Counted from the first letter of the whole stretch, positions 10,517-22,679 are shown. The stretch is DNA of 63,043 bases, filler included, from Licmophora abbreviata (GCA_900291995.1; 9 parts of 9 records of this genome joined end to end with filler, not necessarily neighbours in it), one strand, 5' to 3'. Numbers and translations are program-made. Notes: generated by a model not told the origin, from the letters alone.

Positions 10517-13500
10517 ATGGCACTTGCCTATCGGCAGGCTACGGTGAGTTAGATTGATGCGGAGAGCGAGAAAGCGACAATAATTTGAGACCATTTTACC
10601 GACAATTCAGAACGTGGTGGCATTGTACTATTTCCATGGTGTGACTCTTGGTCCTGTACCTGGCAGCGTCGTATTTATTCTTTCGCATGTCTGAACTCGT
10701 TTCTCATCCACCGTTCGATCATTATCTCTATAAATCAAGGAGGAAGACACACGCAGTGTCTTGAATGCCATGTCGGACCCGACAAAGGCGCAGGAACTCA
10801 AGTTCTACTTGCTTCCCAGCGCATGGTTTCAAGCTTGTATGCCCTATTTGACCAATCAGGTCACTGAACGTCCTCTACACACCATTCCCACAGCGGACCT
10901 TCTAGCATCAGAGCATGCTGTGTCGGACGAAGACAGCGATGCGGCGACTCAGTCTACAAGCAACGTCAGCAACCATGTCGTGTTGAACGGTACCACGGCT
11001 TCCAACGCGGACGAACATCGCAAGAGACGTCGCCAAAAGTGGCAAGACAAAACGCGCAAGTTCTCGGATATACCGGAAAATGTTGCCATTCAGCGCGACA
11101 TGCAGCACAACCGACATTATTATCTTGTGGGAAGAAACGTATGGACTCTCTTGTCGCACAAGTTTGGATGTGATGTGGCTATCGGACGAGATTGTGTCGC
11201 GAGTCCGTCGCAGAGGGGACAGCTCGGTGTGAGAATTGACGAGACGACACTCATTCCGATTCCACTCTCAGGATACTTTACCTATTCTAGTCGCAGTGGT
11301 GCTGAGGAGCGAGACGAGGTTGTGGGACATCAACAGCCGCACGATGCACAGCCGCAAGATGCCGACTTTGTATCGGAGGACGATAGCGAACACGGGAATG
11401 ACTTGGTGAGTGTCGGGGTAGACTAGGGGTGACAATAGAGAGACTCTATCGTGAACGCTTCTCTGACCCGACTTTTCCTGTGTCTTTTTCGTTCTCGCAG
11501 TTCCCGACCACGGAAGGAGTGAACGACGACCTTTTCGGCCCCGACGACGATGCCAAGATGCCGCCTGCTATCGACTGCGAAGCTCCTCCCGACACTGACT
11601 ATGACACGTTGCCACTTCTGACGAATAATCTGAAAGATGCGAACAGCGATCAACTGGTGATGGCGCCGTCGCCTGCCAAGCGCAAGCGATTCGCTAGCGG
11701 ACTGGGAAACTTGGGGTAAGTTGGGCTAGTTGGTCGTTATGCAAAACTTGTGGAAAGGCGCACGCTTGTGCCTTGCATGTGTATTTGTACGTCTTACATG
11801 CTGGTTTGCATCTTCTCATACAGTAATACTTGTTTTATGAACTCAACGCTTCAATGTTTGGCACACACGGAACCAATCCGTCGCTACTTTGTCACGGGCG
11901 AGTACAAGAGTGACTTGAATAGAGACAATCCTCTGGGGACGGGTGGCGAATTGGCAACGCAGTTTGCCGATTTGCTGTCGGAAATGTGGGGCACTCTGCG
12001 CCATGTAGAACGCCCTTCATCTCTTTATGGAGGAATCAGCAGTCTAAACAGCACAGCGTACCCCCGAAGTTTCAAAAACGCACTGGGACGTCATGCCGAG
12101 CAGTTCTTGGGCTACGACCAGCACGATTCGCAAGAATTTGCTACGTACCTATTGGATGCCTTGCACGAAGATACTAACCGCGTCACGAAGAAGCCCTATA
12201 TAGAAAAGCCTGAGCAGGGAGAAGACGAAACTGATGATATTGCTGCGGATAAGGCGTGGAATCTTCATTTGCAGCGTGAGGACAGTCGTGTACTGGAGAA
12301 CTTCATGGGTCAGGTCAAAAGTCGAGTGCAGTGCCCAACAGAAGGCTGCGGTCGCGTCTCGACGACATTCGATCCGTTCATGTACTTGAGCGTTCCGATT
12401 CCAGGGTCAACGGCAAAGTCATACCCGCTCACGTTTGTCCCATTGAAAGGCCCGAAGCTCAACTTTACATTGAAAGCGAACATGAACTCCTCATTTGCAG
12501 GTTTTCGCGTGAAGATTTCGAAAGAACTTAAGAAAACAAGAGGCATTGAGGTCGATCCTGATGACCTGACATTGGTGGACATGTGGAACAATGAGGCGTA
12601 CAGGTGGTACAAGGACGACGAGCACCTGGATCAGGTTCGCGACCAGGACGAGACGTACGTATACGAGCTTCAGCCCAAGAGCTACTTCGCGAGCCCTTTG
12701 AAGGATAAGTACGAAGACATGTTGACCGATTTGAATGCTGGCTCGATTGAGAGTCAAGTAACGGTGCCGTCGATTGTTGAAGAGCGCCTGAAGCTGTTGC
12801 CATTCGATTGGCAGAGGGACATCGAGCATTGCGTGAAGAAGCCCACACTTTCGCTTTCCTTGTTCAATTCGAAGCGATTTCAGCTTGATGATCTGTTCAA
12901 CTTCTACAAGCAGCTTGAAGGCTTTCTCCTGGAGTGCAGCAATAGCTTGCAAAGTGTGACGGTTCCCGAACAACTCAACGAATCGGACGAAACACTCGTG
13001 GATCTGTCGCAAGCCTCTTCTACGTTCGAGATTGCTACGAGATTAGACTTTTACTCTCTTTTGCGCCGTTCTTCTTCTTTACACGGGTATATTCTGGATC
13101 GTGCTCGTAAGACGATTGTGAAGCGCAAGGAAGGCATTCTTGTCTCGGTTGATATGCGGTCCACGGATCGCTTCACGGCGAACAAGGGGTTTGCTCCGCC
13201 CATGTGCCTCCGTATCCACCAAGACATGTCTGTGTATGACTTTCGTCTGTTGCTTTCGGCACGTCTGAAATCGTGCCTTGAGACAGACTATCTTGGTCAG
13301 ATGCTACCTGAGAAAACGACAGAGAGCGATGGTCTCTTGAAAGATGATACCGTTACTGATATCGGTCAAGACGAAGACCCAGTCGCAGCTGCTTCGAGTA
13401 GTGACGACTCGGCTGTGCTCAGAGCCCCAGAGCTGCGTTCTTCGACCTCTCAGGGCTCGTCTGATTCTGCTACTTTCGGCCCTCCCGAAACATTGATTCT

Positions 13501-14584
13501 TCGCCAGATCCCCATCACTTTCGATAGGAAGGGCAGCTACGAGCGGAATATGTATAGTAACAATGTTGGTCGTTCCCTGGGTGCTTTGTCGCGAGATGGA
13601 AACGGCGCTACTGGGGGTCGCGTGGTCTCCTTGGCCTCTCCGAGCGATCCACAGGAGCTTGAGTCGGTGGCGGACATAGTTGGACAGCGTGGGGCTGTAC
13701 ACCTTCATTGGTCGCCGGAGCTCTTGAACCGATGTCTAAATAAGCGAAAATATGAGGCGGAAGAAGATCTCAGCCCCCTAGACGATACTGGCGGGATCCG
13801 TACACGACGCCAGGTCAAGGTGTGGACTATTCTGGATTGCATTGAGAAATACTGCCAGAGGGAGCAGCTCGAAGAGACCGAAATGTGGTATTGCGATCGT
13901 TGCAAGGATCATGTCTGCGCGTGGAAGCAGTTCCATCTGTATCGAACTCCGCCGATTCTGATTGTCCACTTGAAACGATTCCACTACCAATCTTCTACGC
14001 ATCGCCGCGAAAAGATCGAAGACTTCATTGACTTCCCGCTGGTTGGTCTGGATCTAACGGACAAGGTGATGCGCTGGTCCGACGATGAGAAGCCCATCTA
14101 CGACTGCTATGCAGTAAGCAACCACTTTGGTGGCCTTGGAGGGGGGCACTACACTGCGTACGCGTTGAGCGACGAAGGGGAGTGGTGCAACTTTGACGAT
14201 AGCCGTGTCTCGACTGCTGTCGATCCGAAGGAGGTGGTATCGGCTGCTGCTTACGTCCTCTACTATCGTCGACGAGATGTCGCATTGAACGACTGGCAGT
14301 TTGTTGATCCGCCACTTCCCGCAATCGTCCAGGATCACGCCGATGTCAAGATGAAGGCAGTCGACGGCACTCGCCATGTCACTGTCCAGGAGGCACTTGA
14401 CGCGGAAATGAATAGTGCGACGAGCTCCAAGGCGACTTGTTCGTCGCCAATGGAATCGGTTCATCGTGACGACGGCGACGAAGCAGACGACCTATTCCAA
14501 GAAGATGACAGCGAGGACTACGCATCGGCGGCCGCTGTCATCCCAGGGCCCTTCCAGAGGAATCTTGGAATGCCTCCACAGTAG
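10517..14584 (+). CDS. Ubiquitin-specific protease (USP4/11/15-like, DUSP-like N-terminus); 4 exons
   Basis: Introns 10544-10739 (inferred), 11406-11500 and 11716-11823 restore the Cys box GLGNLGNTCFMNS. Also QHDSQEF..LLDALHED and His box YAVSNHFGGLGGGHYTAY..FDDSRV. Confidence 0.92.
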
Positions 14585-14940
14585 ACAAGAAAGTATACAG
14601 GTTTTCGCTTGAATATTCCACCGGTCCGTCATTCAATTGCTCAACTGAAGTCTGACTGGAAGGTACGGTACCTGGTAGGCTGGAAGGTGCGTGTATCCAG
14701 ATGGAACGCTGGCGGCTGTTCACGTCTACTAGACAAAACGTACACGAAACGATCGTAGTCTACAAGTTCCATCGAGAGATTTATCCCTTTTACTCTCAGA
14801 TGGCTCGTGTCTCATAATCACCCTTGATCTAGCTTGTTAGGAGAGGTAGTTGTAATCACTTTCATTGTAGCTGCTGATGAGCGTTCTCTAGCTAGTGCGA
14901 ATATCCATTATCTAGCCTCATCTTTTTCGACACATCCAAC

Positions 14941-15501
14941 CTACTCTGAGCCGAAGAGAGCCTTGACGCGCTCCTGCCCCTCTGCCTGCTTCAGCTTGGC
15001 CCGTTGCTTCTCGGCTGCCTCCTGTTGCTTGAGGGCAGCTCGTTTCTCGGCCAGCCGTACCTTTCTCGCCTCCTCCGCCTTTTTCATTGCCTCGGCCTGC
15101 TTATCAGCTTCAGTTCCTCCCGTCTTTTCCTCGCGCAGTTCCGTTCCCTGACCGAATCCGTAAGATGAGGAATCGTAGGACGGTAGGCTGAAGTCCAGCT
15201 TGTCGTAGGTCGGTGCAGGTTCAGCCGTGAAGGTGGGTAAACCGGAAAGAAGGGTTGAAGTCGGAGACGACGAAATCGAAGATTGTTGGAGGATCCGGGA
15301 GTCAGCAATCGGCGTCGCCATGGCTACCTGCACCGCCAGTGTCCACCCCAGGGCCATCGTGACGGTGGCGCCCCAAAGGGGGACTTCGTTGCTGGTATTG
15401 CTTGCCTGTAGTGCTGATTGAAGCCGCGCCTGCTGCAGCGGGCAGAAGGCGGTCGCGCTCGAGACTGACGCTAGCCAAAGGAGAGATGTCGAGGCCTTCA
15501 T
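14941..15501 (-). CDS. Plastid-targeted, probably thylakoid-lumenal protein of unknown function
   Basis: Signal plus ATA-FCP cleavage motif, then a second hydrophobic signal ending VAMA, an LDFSLPSYD motif, and a charged helical C-terminus. Confidence 0.7.
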   Translation of the reverse strand: MKASTSLLWLASVSSATAFCPLQQARLQSALQASNTSNEVPLWGATVTMALGWTLAVQVAMATPIADSRILQQSSISSSPTSTLLSGLPTFTAEPAPTYDKLDFSLPSYDSSSYGFGQGTELREEKTGGTEADKQAEAMKKAEEARKVRLAEKRAALKQQEAAEKQRAKLKQAEGQERVKALFGSE

Positions 15502-15846
15502 TGTTGACTGTCTTGGGTGTATCTCGAACTCTGAGGCGCGAGGGTTGATTCAATCAGCAGCAATAGTGGCGGCGGCGACAGAAAAATACAGTCTCGTCGT
15601 TCGTCGTGTCATCGAAAATCTTTAATCTCCACATCGTCATCACACTCCAAAAGTTCCACACGGCGCGCGTACCTGGTACGATCGGCGCGCAGCGATGAAT
15701 CGATCATCCGCGAATCTTTTCACACGGTGATGGCGACGATGGACGATGGACGATGGACGACGGCAGACACAGCGATTGAAGATGCGCTGATGCTGCGGCA
15801 GGAATCTTTTCTCGACTCGCTCCCACACGAATGAACGGCTGCCACG

Positions 15847-16910
15847 ATGAGCAGCAGCGAGGAGCGAATGTTACAAGTTGCCCACGGAGTCATCAAGAGC
15901 CGCCGCTGCCTCGGAAAGCATCTTTCGTTCGCTACACTTGCGTGCGCCCAGAGTGGGGGCGACGTCGACGAAGTGAATGTCATGTTTCGGCGCTGCAGCT
16001 TCGATCCTGACAACGAGGGCTCTTCTAGTTTTCCCACCAAGCTCTCTGACTTGCCCTATGGAGCGCAGGTTGAGGCGCAGCTTGTCCATGAAACAGACGA
16101 TGAATCGCCACTCCAGGTTCGTTCCTGGAGGATCGTCGGCGAGCACCCGCGAACGCACGCATTGCACCTAGCGCAGGAGTCCAATGGTGGTGGCGTATCG
16201 TGCACCAAATACTTGCAAGCACGAAGCGAGGCCTTTCTAAATTTGCACAGTGCTAAGGACCTGCCGAAGGACTTCCAAGCCGATAAGCGGGGACCGCGTC
16301 GAAAACCTGAGAACACCAATGTCTTGTCGACTGGCGATGAATCCGCGCATGGAACTGCGACGACCCGCGGTCGACAAGCCAGGATATTCTCTGCTTGGCT
16401 AGTAAAGGCCTGCCAATCTTACGGACGAATGATACCACAGTCCTCGATGTCGCTGGAGGAAAGGGACAACTGTCGGTCGAGCTCGCCAAATTCGGAATTG
16501 CTTGTACAGTGATTGATCCACTGATTCGAGGCCGGCGCCACCGCAAGAAGCTGGACAAAAGCCGAAGGAATCTTTCCACTGACATTCCTAGCTTCGTCGC
16601 CGCTCGTTTCGAACAAGATAGGGAGACAGATCAGCTTGTGACTGGATACTCGTGCTTGGTCGGCTTTCATCCGGATGAAGCGACAGAGGCGATTGTTGAC
16701 ATGGCATTGCGACACGACAAGCTGCTTGCGGTTGTACCATGTTGCGTCTTTCCTTCCTTTTTTCCACTTCGAAGACTCAACGATGGTGCGACGGTACAGA
16801 CGTACGATCAATTTCTAGATTATCTGCTCGAAAAGGATGCAAGATTGAAACGAGCATCCTTGCCCGTTGACGGCCCCAACCAAGTAATTTACCTCTCAGG
16901 CGAGGAATAG
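15847..16910 (+). CDS. OB-fold-like N-terminus plus class I SAM-dependent methyltransferase-like domain, split by a frameshift near 16400-16435
   Basis: ORF1: HGVIKSRRCLGKHLSFATL..RQARIFSAWLV. ORF2: VLDVAGGKGQLS, VIDP, LVGFHPDEATEAIVD, AVVPCCVFP. Confidence 0.7.
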
Positions 16911-16996
16911 CATTAGTGAGGGACTTTTCGTTGGACGACCCAACCCGACTGTCTCGCACGAGGTTGTTATCTATTCTCTAAGGCAATGTCGTAGGT

Positions 16997-18685
16997 TTAA
17001 ACGGCATGCGGCGCTTGGCGGATTTCATCCAACCAGTCCGCCAGCAGACTCTGTATTCTACTGAACGCCTCTCTGACATCCTCTGTGTCCTGCTCGGACG
17101 GCCCCCGGTGGGATAGATCGCTGTGGTGAGCGCCATTTTCTAAATTGATCGCGACGACAGTGTCCGAGACATTGGACAAGATCGATCCTCCAGCCCACAT
17201 GTCCTGCATACCGTTCACAAAGATGATATGCGATGTACTCTTGAGCTTGTTCATAAAATCCCAAGTATCCACCATTTCTGTCGGATGAGGTGTGACACCA
17301 AAGCGTGCTCGACAATGCTCGGTCAGGTGTTTCAAGGTTGCTCTGTGCGGAGGAAATAGACTCGTTTCGGAGAATCCCGCCAAGAAGATAACATCCGTAC
17401 AAGTTTGAAAATCCCACATGGAGCCGTCTTTATAGTCCCCTCCTGTGTCTTCTAGAGTTGACTTGGGTCCATCCGGTAGCTGCGATGTGAGATCAAAGCA
17501 TGACTCTTCAAAGTCGAGGAAGGACTGGTCACAGTCAGCACCCGCCACGTCGCAACCCTTTCCCTCCTCCTCATTTGAGAGCACCATTCTCTGGAAAAAT
17601 AGCGACAGAGTGTCTTTCGTGCTAAGCCTATCATTCTGAAAGAGTCTGCATGCCTTGGAGAGGCCCGTGTCGGGTCCAGGTGGGTAGTTCGTCATGTCGT
17701 AGTCGGCAAAGGCGTAGCTCAATATTTCAATGATGGCTTCCGATAGCATGTGTTTGCTTGAGATGTACGTTGGAATACTTTCAGAGCAGACTCCGATACT
17801 TGTTGCGGCCTCCCGAAGGGAAGCAGAAGAATAGACTCGGTCCACCATTTCGTTCATGTTGGTTCGAACCGCCGTGGAGCAACCCGGCGAGGCACGATCG
17901 GAAGCATCCGTGACAATGTCGTAGTAGCTGTTTTGATCCGATATTTGGGCGTACATCAACAGAGGAGCCGAACTGGCGTAGCTAATATCCACAAAGTCGC
18001 CATGGACGATACGAAGCATGGCAGACAAGAATCCCGGGTACGACCCTCCGACAGTAATGATTGGGCAGTAATCTAATGAGCTCCGGTCGGGGGAACAGTC
18101 GACGAATTTCGAGTCACGGACATGTCGGGTCAGCTGGACCATATCGGCCATGGCTTGACCAGGAGTAAGAAGGTTTTCAAGCTGAGCGGTTGTGGCATTT
18201 TCAATTGGCCTGTAAGGTCCATAAAAGCGGTGCTCAATCTGCAGAACTGCGGCCCCAAATCTCTCGGCGAGAACGTCGGTGACGAACGGGTAGAGCATGC
18301 CATGGTCAAGAGCTCCTTCACCGCCGACTACAAGAAAGATAGGATGACCAGCACCCTTGAAGTGCAAAGTGCTTTTGAAATAGCGATTTGACCAAGTCTC
18401 CGTATTTTCGTCATCGAAATGATCGATTGGTTGCTCATGATAAAATAGAGAACGATTCTCATCGTACAATGGAGATCCCATCAGTGACCCAGTGTTCTCG
18501 CGATTGTCTCCCGTCAAGAAAAATGCGAGGGCGAGAAGCGCTCCGATAGCGGTGATCCAAGCCCATGACGCTCCTTCAAGTGTGGGTCTACTCATTTCTT
18601 GCCTGTGGGTACGCGTTGAACATATCAATGGCTCGTCGTCCGGCTCGACGGTGTGCACCGCGCCATAGTTCGACGGCGTCGGCAT
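16997..18685 (-). CDS. Serine carboxypeptidase S28 family (PRCP/DPP7-like), N-terminal membrane anchor
   Basis: QPIDHF, IEHRFYG, GGSYPG nucleophile, ASSAP, NGMQDMW, GAHHSDL. Confidence 0.92.
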   Translation of the reverse strand: MPTPSNYGAVHTVEPDDEPLICSTRTHRQEMSRPTLEGASWAWITAIGALLALAFFLTGDNRENTGSLMGSPLYDENRSLFYHEQPIDHFDDENTETWSNRYFKSTLHFKGAGHPIFLVVGGEGALDHGMLYPFVTDVLAERFGAAVLQIEHRFYGPYRPIENATTAQLENLLTPGQAMADMVQLTRHVRDSKFVDCSPDRSSLDYCPIITVGGSYPGFLSAMLRIVHGDFVDISYASSAPLLMYAQISDQNSYYDIVTDASDRASPGCSTAVRTNMNEMVDRVYSSASLREAATSIGVCSESIPTYISSKHMLSEAIIEILSYAFADYDMTNYPPGPDTGLSKACRLFQNDRLSTKDTLSLFFQRMVLSNEEEGKGCDVAGADCDQSFLDFEESCFDLTSQLPDGPKSTLEDTGGDYKDGSMWDFQTCTDVIFLAGFSETSLFPPHRATLKHLTEHCRARFGVTPHPTEMVDTWDFMNKLKSTSHIIFVNGMQDMWAGGSILSNVSDTVVAINLENGAHHSDLSHRGPSEQDTEDVREAFSRIQSLLADWLDEIRQAPHAV

Positions 18686-19294
18686 GAGGAAGCGACAGGC
18701 TCACTTCCTCTCCCACTGTACAGGAGACCGAAAAGAGTGCAACTTCTTTCGGTATGTTCTTTGCAATGTCGGCGCGGTGGCGAGATGAAATTGCATCTCA
18801 ACTCAACTCGGCTCAAAATGTGAGAAGAATTGGGTCATGGGCTTACTGGTACCGTTACGCGGCGATGATGGCTCACGGACTGACTCGTCGCCACCCTGAC
18901 AATCAAAAGTCGATGTAGTCTACGAGTAGTCAACCTTTTAGACCGGCGCTCGAGTGTTCGTATGACCCTAGCAGACGTGCGATTTTAATAAGTTCGAGCT
19001 CCTCTTTGTGACGAATCATACTCGTAGTTACAAGGCAGAAAGCCAATCGAATAGGTCTACAGCTTGCATTGGAGATCTCGAGCTTGGCCCTGGCCGAGTC
19101 AAATCTCCCTCGTCAATGTTGGCCAACCATCGGCACATCATATTGTTCGCGTGGTGGGCTCGGTAACAGAAAAGAAACATACATTGAGACTCTAGCTTAC
19201 AGATTCCACGACTGCTGGATGTGTATCTAGCAAAAAATCGTGTGGCTCGACTCTTCACCCCAAATAGATCGTTCCCGTATCATACAATCCCGGT

Positions 19295-19885
19295 TTACCG
19301 GAGCCCAGGACTTGATTCCAAAATTGCATGGATAACGTTGTCGCATGCACCGAATTTGATCGCTCGAAGGAGAATATTGTGACCCTCTGAGTCGACTTGC
19401 GTTGTTACCTCTGGACAGTGTTGCAACATGATCTCGACTTTCCGAGCAATCGTATCGCCAGGATGGCGGTCGTTCGGTGCAAGTCGACAGAGATAGTCGA
19501 TGGGACTGTCCCCGTCGATATCCACCGCCAGCACAGCTTCGGGACAGGCCGCAACAACAACTTCGAATCTATCAATATCAAGTTCAGCCAACAGGCAACA
19601 ATGAAGGAGGGCACAGTTCTCATGGCCTTGGCGCTCCAGACATCCCTCTGAACCAATCACCTCTAGCACATCTCTCATCACATCAATGGGAATATCGAAA
19701 CCAAGAAACATAACTGCAAGAAGAGCGGTAACAATAGAGGGTCTCGCAAGCGGTAAACGCTTCCTAGGGGGGACTCGGGTCAGAAGCTGGCGTACCGCGT
19801 CCCATTGCGTTTGCCGAATTGATTCGAATAGCTCCTCTGCCAGAGTATTGAGCAACTCGTTTCTCTGCCGTATGGTTTCCACCAT
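19295..19885 (-). CDS. Ankyrin-repeat-like hypothetical protein, possibly truncated
   Basis: Degenerate ankyrin-like segments CPEAVLAVDIDGDSPIDYLC and CPEVTTQVDSEGHNILLRAI. Confidence 0.5.
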   Translation of the reverse strand: MVETIRQRNELLNTLAEELFESIRQTQWDAVRQLLTRVPPRKRLPLARPSIVTALLAVMFLGFDIPIDVMRDVLEVIGSEGCLERQGHENCALLHCCLLAELDIDRFEVVVAACPEAVLAVDIDGDSPIDYLCRLAPNDRHPGDTIARKVEIMLQHCPEVTTQVDSEGHNILLRAIKFGACDNVIHAILESSPGLR

Positions 19886-20514
19886 TTTCTGCACTCTACC
19901 TTCTTTCAATTGCACACGATCCGAGAGGCCGTATGTTTGGCGATAAGACAGCGAAAGATCGAGCGCGACAGGAGCAACCTCCGTCGGATCTCTGCTCTAA
20001 AATGCGGCCGACAGCACAGTAGCAGGGACCGTGTCGACTTGACAAACACGTGCGACAGACTCTTTTTTTCTCTCTGTTGTCTTTCTCGATGCGATATTTT
20101 TAGACTGAGAAGCGACGCAAAGGACAATTTTACTTATGACTCCACCGTAAGCTGCTGTGTTGGCATTCTTTAATTGTTAAACCACGCTAAATAATACATA
20201 CTACATACTAATAAGCATAATTTGAGCTGCAGCCCGATATCTGGTTTGGTACAATGCCGATATAGTATTTATCAACCTATAGTAGCGAATACGTGGTATT
20301 GTAATGAAAAATTTGTTGAGCGATGTACGTTTATATTTTAACATCAAGTACTGAATATACTTATTTCCGATTGAGGGCAAGTTCAAAGTCTCTCTCGAAC
20401 TTGGAGGACGATGTGAGGCTAACTACACAATCTACACAATGGGGCTCATGATATGGCTCTTCTTCGCATCACTTTCAAGGACGCGGAGTTACTGCATTAC
20501 AACTTCTAAGCATT

Positions 20515-21537
20515 TTATATTATAACTCCCTTCGCTCTCAACATATGCTCCGCGTGTGGCAAAGGGACACGACCCGCCTCCTTCAAGAGGTGATGCACAG
20601 CCACTCGCCCAAGACTTTCGTAACCATATTGTGCCTTCGCTTTGTCCACGGCTTGGTCTACCAGCTGATCCAGAAAATCATTGTACCCACTGGTGACATC
20701 CAAAGCCGCATCAATAGCGCGCACCACCGATCGATGAAAAAGTTCCGTGTCGAGGACATGTCGCAAGTTGGTGAACAACGAATCACCAGCTTCGGACGAA
20801 CTGTGCTGCTCTGTGACTGGTGGCAGAGGTGCATCCAAAATAACAGCTGCATGGCTGTCCAAAGTAGTGTCGTACTGTCGCACGAGTTGTTCCAAGACGC
20901 GTCGAACATCCGTGGAACGCGCCGTCTTACTTTGCTCCCACATTTGCAAGACTTGATCGGGTTCGATGCAGACGCGATCATTTGCATGAGAGTTTTGCGT
21001 GGGCGGATCAAAAAATGACGCACTCAACAGATCATCCGTCTCTTGCTCTATCCACTCGACGAGAAGATCGTCGTCGTCTAGGCCGTCGTCCTCTTTGTCG
21101 TCGTTGTTCACATCAGCAACACTATCAAGCTGATCTTGCAAGAGTCGCTCGAGCTGTTGTAGTTTCTGAAATAGGTGAGACTCTCGCGCCATATTTGGTG
21201 TATGCGTAGTCGACGAGGAAGCCGCACTTGTACATGAATAGTTTGGTTCCGATTTATCCATCATGGCTTGCATGTCGACGACCGCATCGAAGAAAACTTC
21301 CAGAAAAACCCAGTCTAGAGTGTTTGCATGTTGCTTCATAGTGACGAGTTCGCCACGGGCTTGAAGCCAGAGCTCATTGAGGTCTGACGAGTGAGACGTA
21401 GATGTAAGCAGGGTCTCGAGAGCGATGGTGGTAGGAGAGACGAGCGTCGTCTCGGTGTCGTCGTGGCCGACTCTTTCCTTATCGTCGTCTATGGCGGCGG
21501 CGGAAGTAGCAAGATCAGAAAGTTGGTCCTCTAAGGA
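20515..21537 (-). CDS. Hypothetical acidic helical protein, 5' end lost in gap
   Basis: The open frame continues upstream of the ORF-track start to the gap at 21538. No recognisable motif. Confidence 0.55.
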   Translation of the reverse strand, partial: SLEDQLSDLATSAAAIDDDKERVGHDDTETTLVSPTTIALETLLTSTSHSSDLNELWLQARGELVTMKQHANTLDWVFLEVFFDAVVDMQAMMDKSEPNYSCTSAASSSTTHTPNMARESHLFQKLQQLERLLQDQLDSVADVNNDDKEDDGLDDDDLLVEWIEQETDDLLSASFFDPPTQNSHANDRVCIEPDQVLQMWEQSKTARSTDVRRVLEQLVRQYDTTLDSHAAVILDAPLPPVTEQHSSSEAGDSLFTNLRHVLDTELFHRSVVRAIDAALDVTSGYNDFLDQLVDQAVDKAKAQYGYESLGRVAVHHLLKEAGRVPLPHAEHMLRAKGVII

Positions 21538-21637
21538 NNNNNNNNNNNNNNNNNNNNNNNNNNNNNNNNNNNNNNNNNNNNTTAATTAATTAANNNNNNN
21601 NNNNNNNNNNNNNNNNNNNNNNNNNNNNNNNNNNNNN
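21538..21637. other. Artificial gap spacer N44-TTAATTAATTAA-N44 (also 23604-23703, 25883-25982, 31064-31163, 46284-46383, 51771-51870, 57703-57802, 59744-59843)
   Basis: Identical 100-nt filler with stops in all six frames at eight places. Confidence 0.97.
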
Positions 21638-21658
21638 GGTTTCGGTTTCGGGGGGCAT
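21638..21658 (-). CDS. 5' end (MPPETET...) of a gene running into the gap; paralogous to 23704-23774
   Basis: ATGCCCCCCGAA start shared with the contig-end gene at 23774, and the upstream region is conserved. Confidence 0.5.
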
Positions 21659-21983
21659 GAGAGAGCTGAGTGTGGGGCTTTCTCTTCTTGATCTTCTATT
21701 ATGTTGTGTTTGTTGAAGGAGTCAATCTTTCGATTTTCGGTTTTTCGTTTTTGTGGCGAAACATGTTTTGGATTTTGGATCCCGGGTTGACGACCGCCAT
21801 CGCGCACCTGTGCAACTCGCGCAACAAAGCAATTTTTCCTGACACTTTGAACGTCATACTCATGACTCAATCATCGTATCATACCTTGCATATGATATGA
21901 TACGATTCATTCGACGAGTGACACATGATACACATAATGAAACACGTCTCAAATCTCACACTCCAGAACGAATCAACAAAACC

Positions 21984-22280
21984 ATGGCGTCCCTATCTGT
22001 TTTTGCCGCTCCGAAGGACACTGCCAAGCGCGAATCTCTTGTCAGCAATGAGATCGGTGTACAAGCCAATTGGGAATGAGAAGGAGCTTTCGAAGCAAAC
22101 TGTGATGAAACAAGAAGTGACAAGTTCCTAGTCATCTTTCCGTATCCGTCTCCAATGGACACTTGCACATTGGACATGCCTTCAGTCTGACCAAAGCGGT
22201 CTTTCGGGCCCAGTTCGAACGTCATCGAGGAAAGAATGTCTTGTTTCCCTTTGCGTTTCATTGGACCGGAATGCTCATTG
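21984..22280 (+). pseudogene. Cytosolic leucyl-tRNA synthetase N-terminal fragment, pseudogene
   Basis: [40 protein letters not shown]/frameshift/[42 protein letters not shown]. The HIGH motif is present, with a stop at 22077-22079 and a 1-nt deletion. Similarity ends after about 100 codons. Confidence 0.85.
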
Positions 22281-22679
22281 GGCTCCCAGGTATCGGTACA
22301 GGTCCTCCGCATTCGTACGCTAAGAGCGGTCTAGTCTTCCTTTCTGAATAATGTTAACACCAAAATCTCACTGCAGATCTAAATACTCCTCTTCTGTACC
22401 AGGGCAATAGCAGTGCTCTTGCTGTCACCCAAGCGAAGCTGTCTGACATTAATTCCATGCAAGTACAAGCGGCGCGCGCTTGGGGACTGTCCAACATGAG
22501 CCATCGATGACACAATGGAGAGATTTCTACTTGTGGAATGTAACACAATCGGACAAGATGTACCGGGATGGCTCGCTACAAAAGAGACAGCGTCTTCATA
22601 TGCGATACAACTGGACTAGTTCCTACTACAACAACTTGAGTGAACAACTGACTGAGGGATTTGGCCGATTCTGATCTAC

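Noticed and set aside
21582..21593. TTAATTAATTAA palindrome repeated eight times within N runs
   Set aside because: Artificial six-frame-stop gap filler, not biology. ORF-track entries containing X runs that cross it are artefacts.
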